Positions 1 through 8,591 of a stretch of 64,000 nt of DNA are shown piece by piece. Every line of letters starts with the position of its first letter. Position 1 is the stretch's first letter. The DNA is from Acidobacteriota bacterium. GTDB lineage: Bacteria; Acidobacteriota; Vicinamibacteria; Vicinamibacterales; 2-12-FULL-66-21. The DNA lies in assembly GCA_046732715.1 (NCBI GenBank), contig JBKPNQ010000080.1:26-64025 (forward strand). Reading direction: 5' to 3'. The translations under genes were made by a program, and so were the position numbers. The notes below the pieces were generated by a model that did no database searches, had not been told where the DNA came from, and worked only from the letters and a program-made list of their open reading frames with translations.

Positions 1-383
1 CGGACTCCCCGACACGCTCGCTCGCTCGCCGCTTCGCCGGCTCGCTCCGTTCGCGGGGCTCGCTTCGCGGCGCTCGCTCGCGTCTCCACTCACGAAGCCT
101 TGTCTCGCCGTAGCGGCGTTCACCGCCAAGGCGCGTCGCGTCGGCTCATTCGCGCGCTCGTTCGCCCGGCGGCTGCCGCTGCAATCACTCCGACCGACCT
201 CGCCCCTCGGACTCCCCGACACGCTCGCTCGCTCGCCGCTTCGCCGCCTCGCTCCGTTCGCGGGGCTCGCTTCGCGGCGCTCGCTCGCGTCTTCACTCAC
301 CAAGCCTTGTCCCGCCGTAGCGGCGTTCACCGCCAAGGCGCATCGCGTCGGCTCACTCGCGCGCTCGTTCGCCCGGCGGCTGC
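1..383. repeat. Two tandem copies (period 207 bp: ~175-bp conserved unit plus ~32-bp linker) of a CT-rich dispersed element; unit 1 = 1-175 (possibly truncated by window edge), unit 2 = 208-383
   Basis: By-eye alignment: cggactccccgacacgctcgctcgctcgcc...ttcgcccggcggctgc recurs at 208 with about 6 mismatches; diverged copies at 14994-15167 and 11579-11640, all in the same orientation. Confidence 0.85.
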
Positions 384-1804
384 TGGTTTTGAGACCGCTT
401 GTCAGCACGAGCTTCGAGAGCCGAAAGCAGCTTCTGGTGAATGCCGTCAAACCCGCCATTCGACATCACGATAACGAGATCGCCGTCGCGGGCATCCCTC
501 GCGACCGTGCGGACGATCTCGGGAATTTCCGGAATGTAGCGAGCGTCAACGCCTGAGTCCTGCAGATCGTTGACGATGGCCTCCGGCGACAGACGATCCT
601 CGTCGGGAAGCGTCGAGCGGAAGACCGACGGGAGGACGACGCGATCCGCTTTTGCGAGCGCCTTCGCGAAATCCGCTTGAAACACACGACGACATGAGGT
701 CGCGGATCGTGGTTCGAAGATTGCCCAGATTCGGCGTTTCGGGTACGCCGATCGGACGCCCTGCAGGGTCTCGGCAATCGCGGTCGGATGATGCGCGAAA
801 TCATCGTAGACCGCTACGCCGGCTGCAGTCCCGCGATGCTGAAGCCGGCGGCGGACTCCTTTGAACGCCCTGAGCCCGGCCGCCATCGTGTCGGGGCTGA
901 GCCCCGCCGCGGCACCGACGGCGAGTGCGGCCAGCGCGTTGCGCACGTTGTAAGCACCCAGCAGCGGTATCTCGAACGTGCCGATCGTCGTCCCCGCCCG
1001 GCGAACGCCGAACGTCGTCGACATTTCGGTCAGCTGAAGATCGTGCGCCTGCCAGTCGCAGCCATCCGACAGGCCAAACGTTTCCATCTTCGATCGTGCG
1101 TGTGCCTTGAGCGCGAGCGCATCGGCGTTGTCCGCTCCGAGCAGCAGCAACCCGCGCCGCGGCACGAGATTGACGAACCGTCTGAAGGCGAGGCGGATCG
1201 CCTCGAGATCGCCGTAGATATCGGCGTGGTCGAACTCGATGTTGGTGACGACGGCGATGTCGGGGAGATACTTGAGGAATTTCGCCGTCTTGTCGAAGAA
1301 GGCGCTGTCGTATTCGTCCCCTTCGATGACAAAGTCGCGGCCGCCGCCGGTGCGGTAGCTGCTTTCGAAGTTCTCGGCAATGCCGCCGATGAACACGCTC
1401 GGGTCGGCGCCGCCATGCGTCAGCAACCAGCCGACCAGAGACGTCGTCGTCGTCTTCCCGTGCGTCCCGGCGATCACAATCGAGCGTGACGCCCACAGGA
1501 AATGATCGCGAATCGCTTCCGGCAGAGAGCAGTACCGGATCTTTCGATCGAGCACTTCCTCCAGTTCGGCATTGCCACGCGAGATCGCGTTGCCGACGAC
1601 CACCAGATCGAGATCCGCGGTGATGTGTTCGGCCTTGTAGCCCTGGAGCGTGACAATCCCCTGCTGAACGAGGAAGTCGCTCATCGGAGGATAGACGTTC
1701 TGGTCGGATCCGCGCACGTCGTAGCCACGCCCCTTCAGGAGCGCGGCCAGCGTGGCCATCGCGGTGCCGCAGATGCCAATCAGATGGACTCGCTTCGTGT
1801 TCAC
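353..1804 (-). CDS. mpl: UDP-N-acetylmuramate:L-alanyl-gamma-D-glutamyl-meso-diaminopimelate ligase (murein peptide ligase Mpl)
   Basis: 483-aa ORF; HLIGICGTAMATLAALL, NVYPPMS and GTHGKTTT motifs typical of Mpl/Mur ligases; GTG start overlaps ldcA stop (GTGA); last ~10 codons run into repeat unit 2. Confidence 0.9.
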   Translation of the reverse strand: MNTKRVHLIGICGTAMATLAALLKGRGYDVRGSDQNVYPPMSDFLVQQGIVTLQGYKAEHITADLDLVVVGNAISRGNAELEEVLDRKIRYCSLPEAIRDHFLWASRSIVIAGTHGKTTTTSLVGWLLTHGGADPSVFIGGIAENFESSYRTGGGRDFVIEGDEYDSAFFDKTAKFLKYLPDIAVVTNIEFDHADIYGDLEAIRLAFRRFVNLVPRRGLLLLGADNADALALKAHARSKMETFGLSDGCDWQAHDLQLTEMSTTFGVRRAGTTIGTFEIPLLGAYNVRNALAALAVGAAAGLSPDTMAAGLRAFKGVRRRLQHRGTAAGVAVYDDFAHHPTAIAETLQGVRSAYPKRRIWAIFEPRSATSCRRVFQADFAKALAKADRVVLPSVFRSTLPDEDRLSPEAIVNDLQDSGVDARYIPEIPEIVRTVARDARDGDLVIVMSNGGFDGIHQKLLSALEARADKRSQNQQPPGERARE

Positions 1805-2727
1805 GCCGTGACCGCCGCCTCCTCGATAACGAGCGAGGGCCGCGGTGCCGTGAGCACCCTGGCGCGTACGCCGAACGGAAGCGTCATGGTCGGGCCCGCC
1901 GTGTGCCCGGACGGAAGGCCGTACAGGATTGGCCCCCTGAACCCGCGCGTGAGTTCCTCGACCACTTCGCGAGCGGCGGGCGTACCGCCCGGTTCATCGC
2001 ATCGCGGAAGCTCGCCGAATACCAGCGCTGAGGCACGTGACAGAATTCCGCTCAAATACAACTGGGTCAGCATGCGATCCAGCCGATAGGGGCGCTCACC
2101 GACCTCGTCCAGGAAGAGCACGCAACCCGCTGGCGGATCGAAGGCGTACGGCGTCCCGAGCGACGCGCACAGCTGCGTGAGCGTGCCACCGACCAGAAGT
2201 CCCGCAGCCTCACCTGAGTGCAATACCTCGATCTGCGGGTGCGAAATCTCGTCGGCGGGCTCGGCTGAACACAGGCAGCGGGTGAAGGTGGAGCGGTCGT
2301 ATCCCGCTTCACCGCGCGCGAGACGGCCCTCGAGCATCGGGCCATGAAAGGACACGATGCCGCCGATCAGCGTCAGCCATGAGAGCAAGGACGTATTGTC
2401 GCTGTATCCGATGAACGCTTTCGGTTCACCAAGCAACAACGACTCGCCGAGCAGCGGCAGCAAGTGCACGCTGCCGTAGCCGCCGCGCACCGCGATCAGG
2501 GCCGCGATGTCCGGATCTCGCCAGGCGCGCGCAAAGGCTGCGGCCCGCGTTGCCGCCGATCCAGCCGCGTAGGCGCGGCGCTCGAAAACGCTCTCCTCGT
2601 AAACCGGATTGAATCCCAGCGACCTCAGCTCCGCCACACCCGCGTCGAACTCAACCCGCGCGAAGGCACTGGCTGGAGCGACGACGGCAATGCGATCGCC
2701 GGGCTTGAGCACTCGCGGCTTACGCAT
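1801..2727 (-). CDS. ldcA: LD-carboxypeptidase (muramoyltetrapeptide carboxypeptidase, peptidase S66)
   Basis: 308 aa; S66 pattern with FIGYSDNTSL nucleophile motif; sits between nagZ and mpl. Confidence 0.85.
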   Translation of the reverse strand: MRKPRVLKPGDRIAVVAPASAFARVEFDAGVAELRSLGFNPVYEESVFERRAYAAGSAATRAAAFARAWRDPDIAALIAVRGGYGSVHLLPLLGESLLLGEPKAFIGYSDNTSLLSWLTLIGGIVSFHGPMLEGRLARGEAGYDRSTFTRCLCSAEPADEISHPQIEVLHSGEAAGLLVGGTLTQLCASLGTPYAFDPPAGCVLFLDEVGERPYRLDRMLTQLYLSGILSRASALVFGELPRCDEPGGTPAAREVVEELTRGFRGPILYGLPSGHTAGPTMTLPFGVRARVLTAPRPSLVIEEAAVTA

Positions 2728-2730
2728 GCG

Positions 2731-3822
2731 CTACGCAAACCTCGCCATCTCGGCAGCAATCGCCTGATGCTCATCGCGTCCGAGCAGGGTTCGCAGCGCG
2801 GATCCGGTCAGCGGCAACGGCCTCGGAGAGGCGAGGAAACGTTCCTTGACGCGGCGTTGGCGTGCAAGCGCGTCCTCAACGCGCTTGACCGGCAGCGTGC
2901 CCTGCTCGACCGCGTAGATCAACGCCTCGATTGCCGCGACCTGAGCGCCCTGGTCCGGACCACAGAGGAGCACGGCGTCGCACCCGGCCGCAATCGCGGC
3001 GACGCTGGCTTCGGCGGTGCCATACCGCTTGCTGATCGCCTTCATCTCGAGATCGTCGGTCACGACCATGCCGTGGAAGTTCAGCGACTGCTTCACCATG
3101 CTGATGATACGTGGTGAGAGCGTGGCCGGGTGCTCGTGGTCCAGCGACGGTATCAGGATGTGCGCCGTCATGATGCAGGCGACGTCCGCCTCAATCGCGG
3201 CTCTGAACGGCACCAGTTCCACTCGCTCGATGCGATCGGGCGGATGCTCCACGAGCGGAAGCTCGTGATGTGAGTCGGCACTGGTATCGCCGTGACCGGG
3301 AAAATGCTTGCCGCAGGCGGCGATGCCTTCCGCCTGGAGGGTTCGGATGATGACCGCCCCCAGGCGAGCGACGTCCTCGGCTCGTTCCGCGAGCGCTCGA
3401 TCGCCGATGACCGGGTTCTTGGGATTGGTCAGAATGTCCAGAACCGGAGTGAAATCCAGCGAAATCCCGACTGCGTTCAGTTCAGCGGCGAGGGCGCGCG
3501 CAAAGCGCTCGGCCAGCCGTTCGTCACCGCTGCGCCCGAGCGTCAACATCGGGGGCCACAACGTGAACCCGCTCTTCAGCCGGGCGACCCGGCCGCCCTC
3601 CTGATCGGTGCACACCCAAATCGGCAGCTCGGATGCGAGCGCCTGGGCCTCGCGTGACATCTCGGCGACCTGCTCCGGCGCCTCGACGTTCCTGGCGAAG
3701 TAGACAACCCCGCCGAGGTCGAACTCACGCGCGAGGAGGCGGAGGTCCTGCGGAATCGAGTACCCAGCAAAGCCCGCGATCGCAAGCTGTCCGGCATGAC
3801 GCCGCAAATCCCTGAGGGACAT
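2731..3822 (-). CDS. nagZ: Beta-N-acetylhexosaminidase NagZ (GH3)
   Basis: 363 aa; GH3 N-terminal domain, KHFPGHGDTSADSH motif. Confidence 0.9.
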   Translation of the reverse strand: MSLRDLRRHAGQLAIAGFAGYSIPQDLRLLAREFDLGGVVYFARNVEAPEQVAEMSREAQALASELPIWVCTDQEGGRVARLKSGFTLWPPMLTLGRSGDERLAERFARALAAELNAVGISLDFTPVLDILTNPKNPVIGDRALAERAEDVARLGAVIIRTLQAEGIAACGKHFPGHGDTSADSHHELPLVEHPPDRIERVELVPFRAAIEADVACIMTAHILIPSLDHEHPATLSPRIISMVKQSLNFHGMVVTDDLEMKAISKRYGTAEASVAAIAAGCDAVLLCGPDQGAQVAAIEALIYAVEQGTLPVKRVEDALARQRRVKERFLASPRPLPLTGSALRTLLGRDEHQAIAAEMARFA

Positions 3823-3829
3823 CCGGTCA

Positions 3830-3835
3830 ATTATA
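3830..3835 (-). promoter_or_regulatory. Perfect TATAAT -10 box exactly 7 nt upstream of the nagZ ATG (leaderless-mRNA geometry); embedded in palindrome TCAATT-ATA-AATTGA (3827-3841)
   Basis: Minus strand reads tataat-tgaccgg-ATG; no SD between box and ATG; no convincing -35. Confidence 0.4.
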
Positions 3836-3984
3836 AATTGACGATCGCCATTCTGGTGCGGGAGATAACAGAGGAGGCAATTGTAGCGGAGTCTTGCCTC
3901 ACCACAGAGACGGCAAAGACAACAGAGTCAACCTGTGTTCTCCGTTCACTCTGCTCACGCTGTGGTGCGGACGCGCCAGCTCCG

Positions 3985-4013
3985 CTCACTCAGCCAGCGC
4001 GCTGACTTATAAT
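3985..4013 (+). promoter_or_regulatory. Candidate sigma-70 promoter for polX (CTCACT-17 nt-TATAAT)
   Basis: Perfect TATAAT at 4008-4013, weak -35 at 3985-3990, 17-nt spacer; GGAG SD at 4056-4059 before GTG 4065. Confidence 0.4.
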
Positions 4014-4064
4014 GGCGGCCGTGTCTATCGTCGCCTCGGCACCGGCCGTCTAAGCGGAGTCGAC

Positions 4065-5783
4065 GTGGACAATCCGGCGATCGCACGCGTCCTCGGCGAG
4101 ATCGGCGATCTCCTCGAAATCAAGAACGAGAATCCGTTCAAGATCCGCGCCTACCGCAACGCCGCCGACACCATCCTTCATCTCGCCGATCAGGTCGCCG
4201 CCCTTACGCCAGCCGATCGCATGAACCTGCCCGGTATCGGCAAGGACCTCGCCGGCAAGATTGCCGAGCTCGTCGACACTGGAACATGCGCCTACCATCG
4301 CGACCTGCTGCAGGAGTTTCCGCCGACGATCCTCGATCTGCTGCGTCTCCAGGGCGTCGGCCCGAAAACCGTGGCGCTGCTGTATCGGCAGCTGGAGATT
4401 CGATCGCTTGACGACCTGGAGCGGGCCGGACGCGAGGGCCGTATTCGCGCTCTGAAAGGCATGGGCGCCAAAAAAGAGGCGCAAATCCTCAAGGCGCTCG
4501 AAGATCGGCAGCGCTTCACCGGCCGCCGGCTCATCGCCGAAGCGTGGGATACAGGCGCCGCCCTCGTTTCAGACCTGCGGGCGCACGCGCCAGACGCAGA
4601 AATCGTCATGGTGGGAAGTCTCCGCCGTGGATGCGAGACCTGTGGCGATCTCGACGTGCTCGCCGCCGGGGCGCCGCCGTTGATTATGGATGCCTTCACG
4701 AACTACAGACTCGTGCAACGCGTGCTGGCGCACGGCGAAACCAAGTCGAGCGTGCAGCTCGCCGAAGGATTTCAAGCCGACCTCCGGCTGGTGCCGCGTG
4801 AAAGCCTCGGCGCTGCCGAGCAATACTTTACCGGCTCGAAGGCCCACAACATCGCGCTCCGCGACCGGGCCATTCAGCGCGGTCTCAAGCTGAACGAGTA
4901 CGGACTGTATCGCGTCGCCGATGACGTCAAGATCGCTGGCGAGGCCGAAGAGAGCATCTACGGAGCACTGGGACTGGCGTTCGTTCCGCCCGAGCTCCGC
5001 GAGAATCGCGGTGAGATCGCCGCCGCCGAGCAGCGGACCCTGCCCAGACTGATCGCGCTGCAGGATCTGAGAGGCGATCTTCACATGCACACGACCGCCA
5101 CCGACGGCCGCGCAGACGCCGAAGCCATGGCGGTGGCGGCGCGCGCGGCTGGCCTCGAATACATCGCCATCACCGATCACAGCCGGGCGATCGCCATGGC
5201 CGGCGGCCTGGACGAGGCCGGTGCGCTCACTCACGCGCGCGCGGTCCGACAGCTGAACGACCGACTGGACGGCATCACCGTCCTTGCCGGCATCGAGTGC
5301 GACATTCGCGCCGACGGCACCATGGATCTCGCCGAGGACTGCCTCGCCCAACTCGACCTCGTCATTGCCTCTGTGCACTCCGCGATGAATCAGGAACCGG
5401 ATCGGATGACCGATCGACTGCTTCAAGCGATGTCCTGCCGCTGGGTGGATGTCCTGGCTCACCCGACGGGTCGGCTGATCCTCAAGCGCGAGCCTTATCG
5501 CTTCGATACCGACCGCGTGTTCGCTGCCGCAGCTGGCGCCGGTATCGCCATCGAGATCAACAGCCAAATCGACCGCCTGGATCTCGACGACGTGCTGGCC
5601 AGGAGCGCACGTGATCGAGGCGTCACGATCGTCATTGATTCCGACGCGCACTCGCCCGCCGGCCTGGCAAACCTGCGCTGGGGTGTGTCGGTCGCGCGCC
5701 GAGCCTGGCTTCAAGCAGAGGACGTGCTGAACACTCGACCGCTCGAGGCCTTTCGCGCGATGCTAAGGCGCCACCGACATTGA
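4065..5783 (+). CDS. polX: Family X DNA polymerase with C-terminal PHP domain (PolX)
   Basis: HhH N-terminus (FKIRAYRNAADTI), polymerase core (GSLRRGCETCGDLD), PHP (LHMHTTATDGR, HS..); track ORF start 3894 trimmed to in-frame GTG 4065 preceded by GGAG. Confidence 0.88.
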   Translation: MDNPAIARVLGEIGDLLEIKNENPFKIRAYRNAADTILHLADQVAALTPADRMNLPGIGKDLAGKIAELVDTGTCAYHRDLLQEFPPTILDLLRLQGVGPKTVALLYRQLEIRSLDDLERAGREGRIRALKGMGAKKEAQILKALEDRQRFTGRRLIAEAWDTGAALVSDLRAHAPDAEIVMVGSLRRGCETCGDLDVLAAGAPPLIMDAFTNYRLVQRVLAHGETKSSVQLAEGFQADLRLVPRESLGAAEQYFTGSKAHNIALRDRAIQRGLKLNEYGLYRVADDVKIAGEAEESIYGALGLAFVPPELRENRGEIAAAEQRTLPRLIALQDLRGDLHMHTTATDGRADAEAMAVAARAAGLEYIAITDHSRAIAMAGGLDEAGALTHARAVRQLNDRLDGITVLAGIECDIRADGTMDLAEDCLAQLDLVIASVHSAMNQEPDRMTDRLLQAMSCRWVDVLAHPTGRLILKREPYRFDTDRVFAAAAGAGIAIEINSQIDRLDLDDVLARSARDRGVTIVIDSDAHSPAGLANLRWGVSVARRAWLQAEDVLNTRPLEAFRAMLRRHRH

Positions 5784-6034
5784 CAAAGGACAACGCCCCC
5801 GCGAGCAGTGAGAAAAGCGGACGAGGAACAGACGTGCCAGACTCAGTTGGAGAGGCGCTCAAGGAAATCAGGCGCCTCTATTTCAAGACAACGAAGGCCA
5901 CGATCGACCGCGACTTTGACCGGGCGGTCGATCTCTTGAAGGCGATGCCGGCAGCAGAACGCGAGCGGGCCACGGTCTTCATGCAAGGGCTGGCAGAGAT
6001 GCGAAAGGAATTTCAGAAAAAACAATCAGACTAA
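5780..6034 (+). CDS. Hypothetical 84-aa helical protein, translationally coupled to polX
   Basis: ATGA start/stop overlap with polX; K/E/R-rich helical sequence; no family recognised. Confidence 0.5.
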   Translation: MTKDNAPASSEKSGRGTDVPDSVGEALKEIRRLYFKTTKATIDRDFDRAVDLLKAMPAAERERATVFMQGLAEMRKEFQKKQSD

Positions 6035-6804
6035 GACGCATCCTTGGGGCCTTTCCGAAGGAATTTTTTAGCCGCCAGCCTGACTGCCTCGGGAACATTG
6101 CGATCAGTCAGCAGCATCTTGAGATCGCGTTCGTTGAGCCGCTGGACCAGGTGCATCGAGATGCCGGGGGGCGTTTTCGGGTTGCGAGTGAGACCCACGA
6201 CGACGCCGTAGTTCTTCATCCAGGCACGATTCATAGAGATGGTGCGCAGCACTTCCTCCGTGACGTTGGCCATCTTCGAGAACGCCTCGACTTCCGTTTC
6301 CGTCAGCTTCGGGCTGCTCAGCACGGCAGCGGCGACGATCTTGTTGGAGTCACGAATCAGCTGAGCGCGCTGCGAGCGTGTGCCCTTCATCGCCAGCTTC
6401 ATTCGCTCGACGATCGGCAGCGAAGAGAGCGCCTGACGGTCGTCCTCGTCTTCTCCTCCCTCCTCGGCTTCCCCATCGTCGCCATTGTCCGAACCGCTAT
6501 CGGCTGCAGACGCGGGGCGGTCGGCCGGCAAGACACTTCGGGAGGCAAAGAATCCCCGAATCTCGGAAGGCACGTCAGCGCGTGCGAGAAACGCGCGAAG
6601 CGGGTCAAGCGGCAGCTTGTCGAGCGTCTCCCTCGCGCTGGCCGATACTTCCGCATCCGTGTCGTCCGAGAGCAGCACGAGCAGTGCGACCTGATCGAGC
6701 TCGCTGGGTGAAAGTGCGCCCTGTGCGGCGAGGAGGCGAACGTCACGTGCCGCTTCCCCTCGACGAAACAGATCGATGAGTGGTGAACGGATACCCGGAT
6801 CCAT
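6031..6804 (-). CDS. Hypothetical helical-repeat protein with acidic linker
   Basis: 257 aa; two helical halves split by DSGSDNGDDGEAEEGGEDEDD; C-terminal half has HEAT/LRV-like NPKTP...VP.AVR elements; family not confidently recognised. Confidence 0.55.
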   Translation of the reverse strand: MDPGIRSPLIDLFRRGEAARDVRLLAAQGALSPSELDQVALLVLLSDDTDAEVSASARETLDKLPLDPLRAFLARADVPSEIRGFFASRSVLPADRPASAADSGSDNGDDGEAEEGGEDEDDRQALSSLPIVERMKLAMKGTRSQRAQLIRDSNKIVAAAVLSSPKLTETEVEAFSKMANVTEEVLRTISMNRAWMKNYGVVVGLTRNPKTPPGISMHLVQRLNERDLKMLLTDRNVPEAVRLAAKKFLRKGPKDAS

Positions 6805-6815
6805 GAAAAGGGAAT

Positions 6816-7655
6816 CTACTGGAGGAACTCGGCGACCGTATCTTTCGTGATGTTGAGTGTTCGAACCCTGCCGGCCTCGCCGAGCGGCTTGCCCGGACGA
6901 CCGTTGATCGACAATGCCAGTCCACCGGCGTTACCGACTTCAACCATCATCCTATCCTGGCCCTCCACTGTTTCTTTTTCCCCCGGTTTCATCACGCGAG
7001 ACAGAGCTCGCTTGCCATCGGCCGTGACTCTGACCCAGCACTCTGCCGTCGCCTGCAGCTCCAGTTTCATCCCGGTCGCGCTCGCTCCCGCCGTTGCGAC
7101 CGCGGTAGCCGTTGGAGACGTGCCGATCGGCACTGCAGTTGGAACGGGCTCGCTCGTGACGGGTTTGCTGTTGACTGCGACGCTCGCCGTTGGCGTAGGA
7201 GCGGCGCTCGATAGAGGAACGCGAGTGCGCATCGTGAAATAGAGCGCGAGCACGACGAGCGGAATGCTGATGAGCAAGAGCTTCAAGACCACGCCAGCGA
7301 TTCGTTGCCGGCTCTCGAATGCGCTCTCTTCTTCCGGATTGGTCGCGTGGATGGTTCCGACCTGGCTCGGAGCCGGAGGCGGCGGCGTCGCCTGAAAACG
7401 GTCGAGGAACTCGTGCACGGTCTCATCCGGGTCGAGGCCGACCGCCTGTGCGTACGAACGAACGAACGAGCGGCTAAAAATACCCCCTGGCAGTTTCGAG
7501 ATGTCGTTACGTTCGAGCGCTTCGAGCGCAGCGATCGAGATCTTCGTGGTGGCGGAGATTTGTTGAAGGGAGGTTCCGCGCCGTTCCCGCGCAAGGCGCA
7601 GCTTCCCGCCAAAATCGCTCATGACCGAGGGACCGGTTTCAGGTGAACTTGCCAA
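6816..7655 (-). CDS. rodZ: RodZ-like cytoskeleton protein (HTH + TM + DUF4115-like C-terminal domain)
   Basis: HTH LQQISATTKISIAALEALE, single TM VVLKLLLISIPLVVLALYF, C-terminal ECWVRVTADGK...VEVGNAGGLALSINGRP; start either TTG 7655 or ATG 7622. Confidence 0.72.
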   Translation of the reverse strand: MASSPETGPSVMSDFGGKLRLARERRGTSLQQISATTKISIAALEALERNDISKLPGGIFSRSFVRSYAQAVGLDPDETVHEFLDRFQATPPPPAPSQVGTIHATNPEEESAFESRQRIAGVVLKLLLISIPLVVLALYFTMRTRVPLSSAAPTPTASVAVNSKPVTSEPVPTAVPIGTSPTATAVATAGASATGMKLELQATAECWVRVTADGKRALSRVMKPGEKETVEGQDRMMVEVGNAGGLALSINGRPGKPLGEAGRVRTLNITKDTVAEFLQ

Positions 7656-7684
7656 CCTTTACCGCTATTTTGACGCCCTCGCGA

Positions 7685-8299
7685 TCAGGTGTCAAACGAC
7701 CGTCGCAGTGTGGAAACCGTTGACGTCACCGGTACGCCGCTCCGAAACAGGCCGATGCCAGCGACACCGGCGGCCCCGGCATTGATGGCCTCGACCGCGT
7801 TTTCCGTGGAAATCCCGCCAATCGCGAGCACCGGAATCCGAACCGCCGTCGCAATTTCGCTGAGGTGTCCCAGCCCGGCCACGGGGTGGCCGGGAGGTTT
7901 GTTTCGGGATGGAAAGACGGTACCAAAGATGAGGTAATCGCACCCGCTCGCCGCAGCGGCGATGGCCTGATCGACGTCGTGAACCGAGCGACCGATGAGA
8001 AACCCCGGCGGCACGATCGGCCGCAGCCGCGCCGCCGAAAAGGACTCACCGCGTAGATGAACCCCTGACGCGCTGGCCGCGAGCGCAATGTCGAGGCGGT
8101 CGTTGACGACAACCCGGGCAGCGGTCTGACGGACGGTCTCGATGGCGTCGCGCGTGAGCGTCAAGAGCGCGCGGTCATCGAGCGATGGTTCGCGAATCTG
8201 GATCAGATCCACACCGGCGGCCGCCGCCTCGCGGACCAGGCTGACAAGTGCGCGGTGCGTGTCGCCCCCGGTGACGAGGCAGATGAGTGGCGACGGCAC
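7685..8299 (-). CDS. thiE: Thiamine-phosphate synthase
   Basis: 204 aa; TMP-TENI pattern (VDLIQIRE, DYLIFGTVFPS, VLAIGGI); GTG start. Confidence 0.85.
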   Translation of the reverse strand: MPSPLICLVTGGDTHRALVSLVREAAAAGVDLIQIREPSLDDRALLTLTRDAIETVRQTAARVVVNDRLDIALAASASGVHLRGESFSAARLRPIVPPGFLIGRSVHDVDQAIAAAASGCDYLIFGTVFPSRNKPPGHPVAGLGHLSEIATAVRIPVLAIGGISTENAVEAINAGAAGVAGIGLFRSGVPVTSTVSTLRRSFDT

Positions 8300-8315
8300 C
8301 TTGGACTCTTACGCT

Positions 8316-8591
8316 TTACTCTTCACTTTTCAGCGGCTCTTCGGTGGTCCGGTGTCGCGCGGCGAAGATGCCGGCGAGCTCTGCCAACCCGGCGAGTGTG
8401 GTCAGCCCGCCGATGCCCGACACCGCACCGCGCACGAACACGTTTGACAACAGGGACTCGAGCACCGGCAGCCGCTCGAGGAAAAAATTCCGGTCCCAGA
8501 ACGCGGACTTCCACGGCGCAACGATCAGCACGAACCCCGCCTCGAGAAAGTAGGCGGCGAACAGGAGGCGCGAAATAATCGAGATGATCAA
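8316..8591 (-). CDS. Hypothetical small membrane protein
   Basis: 91 aa, two hydrophobic helices; start overlaps stop of upstream TPR gene by 4 nt. Confidence 0.5.
   Translation of the reverse strand: MIISIISRLLFAAYFLEAGFVLIVAPWKSAFWDRNFFLERLPVLESLLSNVFVRGAVSGIGGLTTLAGLAELAGIFAARHRTTEEPLKSEE

Noticed and set aside
1-383. CRISPR interpretation of the 175-bp repeat plus 32-bp linker, or of the heptad arrays
   Set aside because: The repeat unit is far too long for a CRISPR repeat, and only one linker is visible. The heptad arrays are contiguous with no unique spacers. No cas genes are in the window.
100-474. 124-aa + strand ORF at the window start
   Set aside because: It is a translation of the two tandem copies of the CT-rich dispersed element (the peptide itself is internally repeated), and it overlaps the mpl 3' end.
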